DNA of 64,000 nt, from NCBI GenBank assembly GCA_964650185.1, contig CAZYRN010000005.1:18640-82639 (forward strand), in the 5' to 3' direction. This stretch comes from an uncultured Pseudomonadales bacterium. GTDB lineage: Bacteria > Patescibacteriota > Microgenomatia > UBA1400 > PJMF01. The notes under the pieces are model-generated. The model searched no databases. It had not been told where the DNA came from and worked only from the letters and a program-made list of their open reading frames with translations. A program made the position numbers and the translations under genes. How positions within the stretch are numbered: the first letter of the stretch is position 1; each line of letters starts with the position of its first letter. Shown here one piece after another: positions 8,184-16,830 of the stretch.

Positions 8184-8654
8184 ATGAAACCACTTAAATT
8201 TATCATCGCCCTCTTCTCTGCCAGCTTGATCTTTTCAGCTTGCACGCATCTTAATTCTACTGAAACCTCTTCTACAGAGGTAGGGGGTGAAATTGACCAA
8301 GTAGCACCACCTGAAGAAGTAGTATCGCCTGAAGAAGTAGTAAGGGATGAAGTCGTTGCTTATGAGTTGACGGCAGTTAATTTCGAGTACTCCACTGACG
8401 ATCTTACAGCTGCCCCAGGACAAGAAATGCAGGTTAGACTCATAGTTGAGGAAGGCATGCACGATTTCGTCATTGATGAGTTAGAGGTACAAACCGATGT
8501 TATGAATGCGGGTGAAGAAACTACGGTCACAGTGATGATTCCGGAAGATGCTGAGCCAGGCACCGAGTATCCTTTTTACTGCAGTGTGGGCAATCATCGG
8601 GAAATGGGGATGGAAGGAACGCTGACAGTTACAGCTGCTGCTGATAGAAATTAA
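8184..8654 (+). CDS. Cupredoxin (type-1 blue copper) domain protein, probable lipoprotein
   Basis: Signal peptide with lipobox-like IFSAC. H(DFVID)...YCSVGNHREMGM gives the His/Cys/His/Met ligand set. Confidence 0.88.
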   Translation: MKPLKFIIALFSASLIFSACTHLNSTETSSTEVGGEIDQVAPPEEVVSPEEVVRDEVVAYELTAVNFEYSTDDLTAAPGQEMQVRLIVEEGMHDFVIDELEVQTDVMNAGEETTVTVMIPEDAEPGTEYPFYCSVGNHREMGMEGTLTVTAAADRN

Positions 8655-9744
8655 TGGTACGCTGCATGGCTTGGCTAAAACTAGGTCCGGTAATGTTATG
8701 ACCGCCAGTTTGATATTCAAAAAATTCATACTCTCGCTGCTGTTGTTCCAGCAGTCGAGCTAAATTTTGGCTGTAGCCGACATTGACCACGTCATCATTG
8801 GTGGCGTGATGCAATTGAATAGCAGTCTTAATTTGATCAAGATAATTAGTAGGTGAGACTTGCTGCCAAAACGGACTGGCAGTATCAAACCTGCCATGCT
8901 GCTCAAATAAGCGGGCTCTTTCCTGATTGCGAGTGGAATCATTGCTGGGCCGACGGTATGAGTTATCACTAATGCCATGCTGGGCTAAATCATCATAAGT
9001 AAAGACAGAACCAGCCCAGATCACAGCTGCCGGAATATCAGGCTTAACTGCCAAGCTGCGCAACACCACATTGCCGCCCATGCTATGACCCCACAAGCCT
9101 ACTCTTTCAGGGTTAACAAAATCACTACTTTGGAGGGCGGCATAGGCATTGAGCGTATCAATAATATAATCGCCTGCATAGTAAGCACCTTTAGCCTCTC
9201 CTTCTGATTGACCGTGACCGCGCAGATCAATTTTAAATACCACTAGCCCATTGCTGGCCAAGCTATCCACATAGCTTTCATACTTACTGGTAGTTTGGTA
9301 CTGGGCAGGGGGAATGTAGCCATGAACAAAGACCACTGCCGGCCAGCCGCCAGCTGGCTCTGCTCCATTTGGGATGGTGAGTAGACCGTTAATGGTCAGA
9401 CCATCTGACTCATAACTGGTTAAGTAACTAGTGTAATTAGGCTGGGAGGCAAGAAGTGTTCTCTGGGCAAGTTGGCTACTAAATTCTAGTTGTCGCAAAT
9501 AGGGAATTGTCAGCGAGGCAAATTCTGATTGAGTCAAGGCTGATTGAGATTGATCAGACTGTCCTGGCTCAGCTTTCATCTCCATCATGGTGGCAGGATT
9601 GGCTTGACCAAGTAGCTGGGGTTGATTTGAACTGGCTGTTTTTTGCCAGTAAAACACTCCCCCACTTATTAACGCGATCAGGCAGAGAACCAAAACCAGG
9701 GGAAGTTTAATGAAAGGTGATTTTGATGGCGAACTCATGGTCAT
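8629..9744 (-). CDS. Alpha/beta hydrolase, peptidase S9-like, N-terminally anchored
   Basis: VVFVHGY, DLRGHGQS and GHSMGG nucleophile elbow. Asp in NDDVV and His in GGHN. Confidence 0.9.
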   Translation of the reverse strand: MTMSSPSKSPFIKLPLVLVLCLIALISGGVFYWQKTASSNQPQLLGQANPATMMEMKAEPGQSDQSQSALTQSEFASLTIPYLRQLEFSSQLAQRTLLASQPNYTSYLTSYESDGLTINGLLTIPNGAEPAGGWPAVVFVHGYIPPAQYQTTSKYESYVDSLASNGLVVFKIDLRGHGQSEGEAKGAYYAGDYIIDTLNAYAALQSSDFVNPERVGLWGHSMGGNVVLRSLAVKPDIPAAVIWAGSVFTYDDLAQHGISDNSYRRPSNDSTRNQERARLFEQHGRFDTASPFWQQVSPTNYLDQIKTAIQLHHATNDDVVNVGYSQNLARLLEQQQREYEFFEYQTGGHNITGPSFSQAMQRTINFYQQQL

Positions 9745-10880
9745 AGGTCAAGATTCTGTCTCCAAGTCGAGCCTTGGTTATATTTAACAGCCAGCTCTTG
9801 GGCTTGAAGGGCATTTTCAAGTTGATTCCGATCAGAAAAGATTTCAGCACGCAAGGCGTAAAGTTCAGAATATGCCGCATTCTGATCATTAAAAATGGCT
9901 TGCGTCATGGAAAGGACTTGGTCAGACTCACCCAGTTGATAGTAGGCCAAGATTGGCTCAAGCTGATACCACAGTGTGCGGCGCGGCAGCTGAGGGGCGA
10001 CACGTTCGTAATTAACAACTGATTCCTCATAGTCTCCTAAATGATATTGGGCGACAGCTAAGTTGAATCGAGCAGAGGTATCATTAGGATCGGTAGCCAA
10101 TGCTGTCTCTGCTAACTCCGCTGCCAGCTCCCAAGCCCTGTTGGAATCTACTCTTTCTCCTAAAATTGCTTCCGCTACTACCTTTTTTTCTGGTGGCACT
10201 AACACCAGAAATTCGTAGTTAAAATCTTTCCAGAGCTGCAAGTAGTCTGCTTCGGAAAAACTTAAGTTTTTACCCTGTAGAGAGTCATCCTGAATGATTA
10301 TTTTTTCGGACTGGTTATACCCGATCACAACTCGATAGTGACCAATATCATTATTCGGTTCAAGCCAGGTGCGGGTAATGACCGGGATATCTTGGGCGAT
10401 AAACTGCTGTATCAGTTCAATGTCCCCTGCCGGCCGGTGATAAGTCAGTAGATGATGTGTTTCCCCTAACTCTGCCAGCTCTGCTAATGTCACCGACTTA
10501 TCATCATTATTTCCCTGCGGATTTTGATATGGCCGAAGTTCTTGACCAAGTTCAGCTTGAGATTGATTGATGCCGTAGTGTGATAAGGCCATGCTCAATG
10601 AAGCAGGACCGCAATTATTAAAAGTTTGAAAAACGTGGCTGCCGCCAGTCAGAATTTTTTGCGCTGGTATTTCTGGCAAAGGCGTAGTTGAAGGAGCTGG
10701 CGGTTGATTGGCGAGCTGTTCGGTTTGTTGCTGTTGCTTTTGCTGCTGATTATACGATTTTTCAGCAGAAATGATGGGTTGCAACTTGTGAGCAGTTGAC
10801 GAAGTTGAAAATAAATAAAAACTTATTAGGGTGCTGGTGGCAACTGCTAAGATGATAGTTAGAAGTAGTTTTCTTGACAT
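9741..10880 (-). CDS. C39-like cysteine peptidase with C-terminal TPR, N-terminally anchored
   Basis: QTFNNCGPASL, GHYRVVIGY and QDDS motifs. TPR-like ARFNLAVAQYHLGDYEES. Confidence 0.88.
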   Translation of the reverse strand: MSRKLLLTIILAVATSTLISFYLFSTSSTAHKLQPIISAEKSYNQQQKQQQQTEQLANQPPAPSTTPLPEIPAQKILTGGSHVFQTFNNCGPASLSMALSHYGINQSQAELGQELRPYQNPQGNNDDKSVTLAELAELGETHHLLTYHRPAGDIELIQQFIAQDIPVITRTWLEPNNDIGHYRVVIGYNQSEKIIIQDDSLQGKNLSFSEADYLQLWKDFNYEFLVLVPPEKKVVAEAILGERVDSNRAWELAAELAETALATDPNDTSARFNLAVAQYHLGDYEESVVNYERVAPQLPRRTLWYQLEPILAYYQLGESDQVLSMTQAIFNDQNAAYSELYALRAEIFSDRNQLENALQAQELAVKYNQGSTWRQNLDL

Positions 10881-11088
10881 AAAGAGGAGACATTATACAA
10901 ACTCTATGTGAGAGGAATGTATGAAATTCTTTAGAATTTACCGACGAAGTAAGCTTAAGAAATCAGTATTAAGCAGGTAAAAGATACCAGCCGCCTCTTC
11001 TCACACCTGCTACAAATTGATACAATAGTTAAGCTTTTGAAAAATCATGGGTAAGGTATTCCAAAACAAAAAAGATTAAGGAGTGTTC

Positions 11089-11628
11089 ATGGCAAAGGAT
11101 CTCAAAGACCTACAAGTAGGAGATCATATTGTGCGTTTTGGCGTAGTGCATCGCATTACAAAAGTAGAGATGGTACCCAACGCAGATGGTGAAGAAGACA
11201 AGATTGTTCATTTTGAGCCGGTGTATAAAAATCGGCGCAATGAGACCTTGCGCTTATCAATTCCTGTCAAGAATTTGAGCGATACGACTATAAGATTGCC
11301 AGAAAATATTACGGCGATACGTAATGAATTGAAGTTTCTTCGTGAAGGTGAGTATGAACCAACCCCATTTAATCGCATCAAGGTGAGAAAAATTATTAAC
11401 ACCAATCAATTGCGTGATGTTACGCAAGTGTTAAAGACGATGTGGGAAGAGAAGCGTGATAAAGATAAAAACTTTACCATTAGCAAACGAAATACATTTT
11501 TGATGGTTATGCGCCGTTTTCAGCAGGAAGTAGCGCACGTTTTAGACATCAGTTTAGAAGAAGCTGAAGAAATGATTACTTCAGCCCTTGATACTGGCTG
11601 GAAGCGTAAATCCAAATCTACTGCCTAA
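11089..11628 (+). CDS. CarD/CdnL-family RNA polymerase-binding regulator (divergent)
   Basis: LQVGDHIV-FGVVHRITKVE, LSIPV---IR and helical C-terminus with EVAHVL. AAGGAG before the ATG. Confidence 0.72.
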   Translation: MAKDLKDLQVGDHIVRFGVVHRITKVEMVPNADGEEDKIVHFEPVYKNRRNETLRLSIPVKNLSDTTIRLPENITAIRNELKFLREGEYEPTPFNRIKVRKIINTNQLRDVTQVLKTMWEEKRDKDKNFTISKRNTFLMVMRRFQQEVAHVLDISLEEAEEMITSALDTGWKRKSKSTA

Positions 11629-11710
11629 AATCCTACGAAATTCTCATTTCAGTCTTACAGTGCCGCGCTAAAGTTGACTTATTAGTATTAAACTTTAGCG
11701 AAAGGACTTT

Positions 11711-12166
11711 ATGATGTCACTCATGACGACAAAAACCAATTCTAGCTATGGTCCAGGCCGAGATGAGGCTACTCCTCCTCAGGAAAGAGATGAAGACTCA
11801 ATGAGCGGTCACATGCCATATCCTGGTACAGTTCCTAGTACGCTCGATGCCGCTCAAAATGTAGGCTTGTATACCGAGGAAGGTGATGATGAAGACGAGA
11901 TGCCAATGGAGCTTAGCTTGGCTGACCAGGTCAGGCAAGCTGAGCAAGCCAGACGACGTCCTCCTCAGGAAGTTTTAGTAGCTAACACTGAAACAGGAGG
12001 AATGGGCGAGACTGGTGGGATGGACGAAACAGACGAGATGGATGACCTAGGAGAGAGTGAAGATGAGATGGAAGATGGTGAGCTGGGTGATGTGGGGATA
12101 ACGGGTGAGGATGAGATGGGCGATGATCTGGCTGATGACGAGGATCTAGCTGATACTACTTTGTGA
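11711..12166 (+). CDS. Highly acidic, probably disordered hypothetical protein
   Basis: 151-aa ORF with AAAGGA upstream and a D/E/G/M-rich C-terminal third. Confidence 0.7.
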   Translation: MMSLMTTKTNSSYGPGRDEATPPQERDEDSMSGHMPYPGTVPSTLDAAQNVGLYTEEGDDEDEMPMELSLADQVRQAEQARRRPPQEVLVANTETGGMGETGGMDETDEMDDLGESEDEMEDGELGDVGITGEDEMGDDLADDEDLADTTL

Positions 12167-12192
12167 AGTCAAACCAGTAGTACAATACCTTC

Positions 12193-12630
12193 ATGATCCA
12201 AGATCGTTCATATGGGATTATTCCCATCTATCATGAAGGCAACAAATTGGAGTTTTTACTCACTCAGCATCACCATGGACATTGGGCTTTTCCTAAAGGA
12301 CATGCCGAAGATGGTGAAACTCCTCTGGCAGCGGCGCAGCGAGAGTTTGAGGAAGAAACCGGTATTAGCAGCTATCGCTTGTTTCAGCCGGAAGTGACTT
12401 TTGAAGAACACTATGTCTTTCAGCGGGCCGACGGTATGGTAGAGAAGACAGTGGTTTTTTATCCAGCTTGGGTGAGAGATCAGCGGGTTGAGCCGCAAGA
12501 GGAGGAAGTGCAGGCCTATGGCTGGTTTAATTATCGTGATGCCAGAGACAAGCTGACTTTTCCTGCCGGTAAAAAAGTTCTTCGCGAGTTCAAAAAATAT
12601 CTTGACTCTTCAAATCTCTTAGATCTGTAA
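12193..12630 (+). CDS. NUDIX hydrolase, asymmetric Ap4A hydrolase-like
   Basis: HW-FPKGH and Nudix box GHAEDGETPLAAAQREFEEETGI. Confidence 0.92.
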   Translation: MIQDRSYGIIPIYHEGNKLEFLLTQHHHGHWAFPKGHAEDGETPLAAAQREFEEETGISSYRLFQPEVTFEEHYVFQRADGMVEKTVVFYPAWVRDQRVEPQEEEVQAYGWFNYRDARDKLTFPAGKKVLREFKKYLDSSNLLDL

Positions 12631-13748
12631 TCCAGCTAGAGCAAAATTCAGTTGGAGACATTACCGCTAAATTAAGCTGATGAAAATTTTTCAAACTGAC
12701 AAAATGTTGAAGAGGTGCTTCCTGGCAAAGAATATCTCCATGGATTAAGTATTTCTCTCCGCTGTCCAATACAGCTGGGACAGATAGATGATCTTGTTGG
12801 AAAGTTTGCAGATTGGCCAGTTCTTCTTGAAGAACTAATTGTGGATTGTCTTTAAACTTTTGTGCTGTGCAAAATTCATGCTCTGCTTCCCAAATTTGGA
12901 CCACTGGCTTCGTTTCAGCAGCTAGCTCTAAACACTCATTAGTAATTTTTAAGTTATCTAACTCGAAAATCATGTTGGGTTTAGCACCAGAGGTGTAGGT
13001 TCGATCTATTAGCTGTTGATTCTTCTCAATTTCCTCTCTCACCTTTTCTAACTTTTCAGCATTTAAAGAGTTTTCATAGATAAGGTAATTCAAAAAGAAC
13101 ATGTCTGGTTCTGAGGTATAAACCACAACCTTTTGATCTCCTTGTTCCTGTGATAACCGAGAATATCTAGCAATAATTCTATTATCAAATGTGCCAGCAT
13201 CCAGATGAGTAATTGGATAACGATAGAAATATTGATAGCTAAAATTTGCGACACTCAATAAATAAAGACTGATAGTCATCCACCTCAGCAAAGGTTTATC
13301 CCAGCCGCCCAAACTGCCAAATTAATGGACTGATGGCAGTTATCGCGGTAGAAATCAATGCTAAAGTACGATCTTTCCACAAGCCCCACATCAACCAACC
13401 AATCAATAATGGCAGGAGGAAGCTCATCACCGCTGAGGAAAAATGGGTGGCCAATAAGCCATTCTCAGTGACAAAAAAACCTAGACTCATGACGGTGGCA
13501 GGCAATTCAGCAAATTTGGGATGAATTGGTTTCAGCTGCCAGGGTTTGTTATTCATTAATCCCAGACCGGAAATTGCATATGCTTTAGCATTACTCGCAT
13601 AGACCACCTCATCATGAGGAATAGAAGCTGGCAAGACAGATAATAAATAAAAGCGAGACCAAATTAAAAATATTAAAAAAAGACCTCCCATGAGGACGTC
13701 CTTAAAGCGTAACAACTTAATAAAGTTAACGAGTTGGGAAAGCTGCAT
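12590..13748 (-). pseudogene. GT-C (PMT/ArnT-like, GT39) membrane glycosyltransferase, split and apparently internally deleted
   Basis: 5' part (13748-13296) has RFY-L---P-----DEVVYASNA...ISPLIWQFGRLG*. 3' part (13312-12590) starts at a last TM (YQYFYRYP) plus a soluble domain in another frame. Confidence 0.65.
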
Positions 13749-13797
13749 GTTCACATCATAGCAGAAGCGGTTGTTTATGAGTGAGAGTTGGAAAAAC

Positions 13798-14574
13798 TCA
13801 AACCACCAGCGGCCAATCTAATGTAGGAGTTAAAATTTCTGGTTTTTTGCCGACTACCACCATATATTCAAACATCACCCCTTTACTGCCATCAACAGTT
13901 TTTACAGTCCAGCCGTTATCTGTCACATAAACGCGGTCATCTCCGGGAACTACCTGATCTTCAACACAGATGACCATCCCTTCACGCAAAATTTGACCAG
14001 TTTTGGGTCGGCCAAACGCAGGAATTTCAGGTTCCTCATGCAGACTATGGCCAATGCCATGACCAACATATTGCTTGAGCACATCAAAACCTGCGCGATA
14101 GGCAGTGCGATGCATGACATAACCAATATCGCCTGTTCGATTACCAGGAATTGCAGCTTTAATGCCCAGTAGGACTGACTCCTTGCCGATCTGAAGCAGT
14201 TTCATATCTTCAGCAGACACTTCTTTTACTCCCACAGTGACACACTGATCAGTAAATAAGCCTTGATAAACAATGCCAAAATCGAGCTTAACCAAATCTC
14301 CCACTGCCAAAGCCCGACTGCGATCAGGGATTCCGTGCAGAATTTCATCATTAACAGCAATGCAGCTGTGATGCTGGTAGGTTAAGCCAGCCTGCTTCAC
14401 TCCCTTAAATGCAGCTCTCACCCCATACTCCTGACAGAGTTTTCCAGCCAGCTCATCCAGTTCATTGGGAAACACTCCAGGAGCCACTCGATCCCGCAGT
14501 TGCGCTAGAATTTCAGTCGCAATTCGGGCTGCTTCTCGATAAGCGGTGAGTTGTTGATGAGAATTAATGATCAT
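13798..14574 (-). CDS. map: Methionine aminopeptidase type I
   Basis: CIAVNDEILHGIP, KLDFG, FTD, GHGIG--LHEEP and two Glu ligands (VED, FEY). Confidence 0.93.
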   Translation of the reverse strand: MIINSHQQLTAYREAARIATEILAQLRDRVAPGVFPNELDELAGKLCQEYGVRAAFKGVKQAGLTYQHHSCIAVNDEILHGIPDRSRALAVGDLVKLDFGIVYQGLFTDQCVTVGVKEVSAEDMKLLQIGKESVLLGIKAAIPGNRTGDIGYVMHRTAYRAGFDVLKQYVGHGIGHSLHEEPEIPAFGRPKTGQILREGMVICVEDQVVPGDDRVYVTDNGWTVKTVDGSKGVMFEYMVVVGKKPEILTPTLDWPLVV

Positions 14575-14588
14575 GTTGAGAGTACCGC

Positions 14589-15812
14589 TTAATCTTGATA
14601 AAAGGTGAACTGTCCATTTTGATAAATAATTAACTCAGTACCATCCTGAAGGGTGGCGGTCACAGTACGATCAGTAGTGCTGACGATATCAGTGTGTTCA
14701 GCTGAGTCGTTATAGCCAAGTTTTTCCCAGTCTGCAGTTGAGAGTTGGGCTGGGTCACCTCTAAAACAATCTTTATAGGCTCGGCCTAAAGCAAGATGAG
14801 TGTTACCAAATGGTCCGCCAATATTTTCATCGTAGAGTGTTTCTGCCATGACGTGGGTAATGCGGGACATCCGGGCGTCAGTTAAAGAGTACTCACCGAT
14901 CTTGTTGGCATTGGGGCTTTTAATCATCTGCTGCAAAAATTTATTGCCAGTTCTGGCTTTAGCCTTGACGACGATGCCATTTTTAAACTCTAGATAAACA
15001 TCACTAATGACATTGCCATAACGATAGAGAGGCTGATTAAATTTAATCCAGCCGTTGGTGCCGCGCCAATCAGGTGAAGTAAAGAACTCGAAACTGGGAA
15101 TATTGCGGCCGCTGCCGCCGTTCCATAATCTTTCAGGTCCTAGTTTGACCGTAAGATCGACATCCTCACCTTTAATTTCCAATTTATCTATGATTAGCTC
15201 ATTTAAAGTATCTTTTATCGCCGACTGCATCTTAAAGATCCGCCGCCACTCGGAAATTGGATCTTCTTTATCAAGGAAACAAGCCTGGATGATCTGCTGC
15301 CAGTACTTTCGGTAGCTTAACCCCACCACTGCTGCTTTTGCGGGCACACCCCATAAAGCTAAGGTCCAGGTAAAATTACCGCGATTTTCTTTGGCATCCC
15401 GCCAGTCGATATACGGTTTTTTAGCATCTCGAGCCAGGATAATTTTCTGGGGATCAACACCTTTCAGCTCGTAAGGATCTGGATCAGCGATAATACCTAT
15501 TTGGTGATCAAATAAATTAACTTTTTCCTTAAGATATTTGTCGGGAAAGAATGTCAGTTGCTCGCGGTTAGCTAGTTCATAAAATGATCGGTCAAAGCCA
15601 GTGGGCAGCAATCTTATCATTGGTTGAGCGCCAGCTTGCAAGAGAACTTTTTGTAAGGCTAAAGCTAAAGGTTTGGCGACATCTGGGACAACCACTTCAA
15701 CCACCTGACCTTTGGTTACACCCTGACCAGAATTGAGTGCAAAATTCACCAGTACATCAGCATACCGATATAAAATTTTGGCACTGGGTTGGTAATCTCG
15801 AGTTTGTTTCAT
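14589..15812 (-). CDS. Aminopeptidase, peptidase M29 (AmpT/PepS) family
   Basis: NIPSFEFFTSP, IGEYSL, LYDEN, HLALG-AY and SAEHTD motifs. Confidence 0.92.
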   Translation of the reverse strand: MKQTRDYQPSAKILYRYADVLVNFALNSGQGVTKGQVVEVVVPDVAKPLALALQKVLLQAGAQPMIRLLPTGFDRSFYELANREQLTFFPDKYLKEKVNLFDHQIGIIADPDPYELKGVDPQKIILARDAKKPYIDWRDAKENRGNFTWTLALWGVPAKAAVVGLSYRKYWQQIIQACFLDKEDPISEWRRIFKMQSAIKDTLNELIIDKLEIKGEDVDLTVKLGPERLWNGGSGRNIPSFEFFTSPDWRGTNGWIKFNQPLYRYGNVISDVYLEFKNGIVVKAKARTGNKFLQQMIKSPNANKIGEYSLTDARMSRITHVMAETLYDENIGGPFGNTHLALGRAYKDCFRGDPAQLSTADWEKLGYNDSAEHTDIVSTTDRTVTATLQDGTELIIYQNGQFTFYQD

Positions 15813-15888
15813 ACGGAACTATTGTACACCGCCTAATCTTGCTCACAACCAGTTAGAAGTGAAGCTCGGCTACAGTGTGACTGATAAT

Positions 15889-16821
15889 TCAAGTGGTTTG
15901 CTGAAGCTGTTGGCAAATTTCTTCTTGCCAGGACTTGATTTTAAAACCAATGAAAACTAATTGGGAAGGTCTAAAGCCTAAGTTGGGCGGTGGCTGATCT
16001 AGCTCCGTTCTTGAGCCCACTTTATTAACTATCCGCATCTGTTCATTGGTTAGTTGGACGAAGCCTTTCACTCGAAACACTTGTTTGGGTAGATTAGCCA
16101 TCATCTCCAAAAACTTCTCTTCACTAATTGGCTGCTGCAGTGAGCAAGTGAAAGTCTCAATTTGTTCATCTGCCAAATGATGAGCGTGGTCGGATTTATC
16201 ATGATTAGCAGCGAGTAAGACATCAAGTTTAGTAGTACTCAGACCAAAAATAGCCTCGGGATTAACTTTCCCGGCTGGGGCTTCAATGATGGGTGAGTGA
16301 TTATTTAGTTCACGAACATAACCTACTACGGCTCGTTTTTGATCTAAATCAACTTGCTCAACTTTATTAAAAACAATTAAATCGGTAAAACTGGCTTGAC
16401 GCTGGGCGGTTAAACTTAAATCAGTGTAGCCTTGAAAATTAATGACATCAACTACACTAATTACTCCATCTCGATATAAATCAGGGTGGGAAGACACCAT
16501 TAACGCAATAGCAGACGGATCAGCTGCTCCCGAAGCCTCAATGATAATTCGATCTGGGTGATAGGTTTGAACAATCTCTTCGGCAGCAGCTATAAATGGC
16601 CCAACTAAGGTACAACAGATACAGCCATTCAATAGCTCGCGGCTGATGATATTTTCTCCAGCCATCAGTTTTGCATCGACATCTACCTCACCAATCTCAT
16701 TTTTGATATAGATGACTTGATGATCAGTGGCTTGCAAATGTTCAATTAAGGGCAGAATAATGGTTGATTTGCCTGAGCCGAGGAATCCAGTGAAAATAGT
16801 GGTTGGCACTGAAATTGACAT
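15889..16821 (-). CDS. COG0523 (CobW/ZigA/ZNG1-like) G3E GTPase metallochaperone
   Basis: GFLGSGKST, NE-GEVD-D, NGCICC, IIEASG, NKVE, His-rich linker and RVKG C-terminal domain. Confidence 0.93.
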   Translation of the reverse strand: MSISVPTTIFTGFLGSGKSTIILPLIEHLQATDHQVIYIKNEIGEVDVDAKLMAGENIISRELLNGCICCTLVGPFIAAAEEIVQTYHPDRIIIEASGAADPSAIALMVSSHPDLYRDGVISVVDVINFQGYTDLSLTAQRQASFTDLIVFNKVEQVDLDQKRAVVGYVRELNNHSPIIEAPAGKVNPEAIFGLSTTKLDVLLAANHDKSDHAHHLADEQIETFTCSLQQPISEEKFLEMMANLPKQVFRVKGFVQLTNEQMRIVNKVGSRTELDQPPPNLGFRPSQLVFIGFKIKSWQEEICQQLQQTT

Positions 16822-16830
16822 ATTTATAGC

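Noticed and set aside
8310-8342. CCTGAAGAAGTAGTA duplication in the cupredoxin gene
   Set aside because: Two in-frame copies in a low-complexity linker (PEEVV x2); ordinary linker expansion, not a CRISPR or mobile repeat.
12154-12170. Fourth BlaI operator (TACTACTTTGTGAAGTC) upstream of the NUDIX gene
   Set aside because: Three mismatches including the TACA/TGTA core, and it lies mostly in coding sequence; likely chance.
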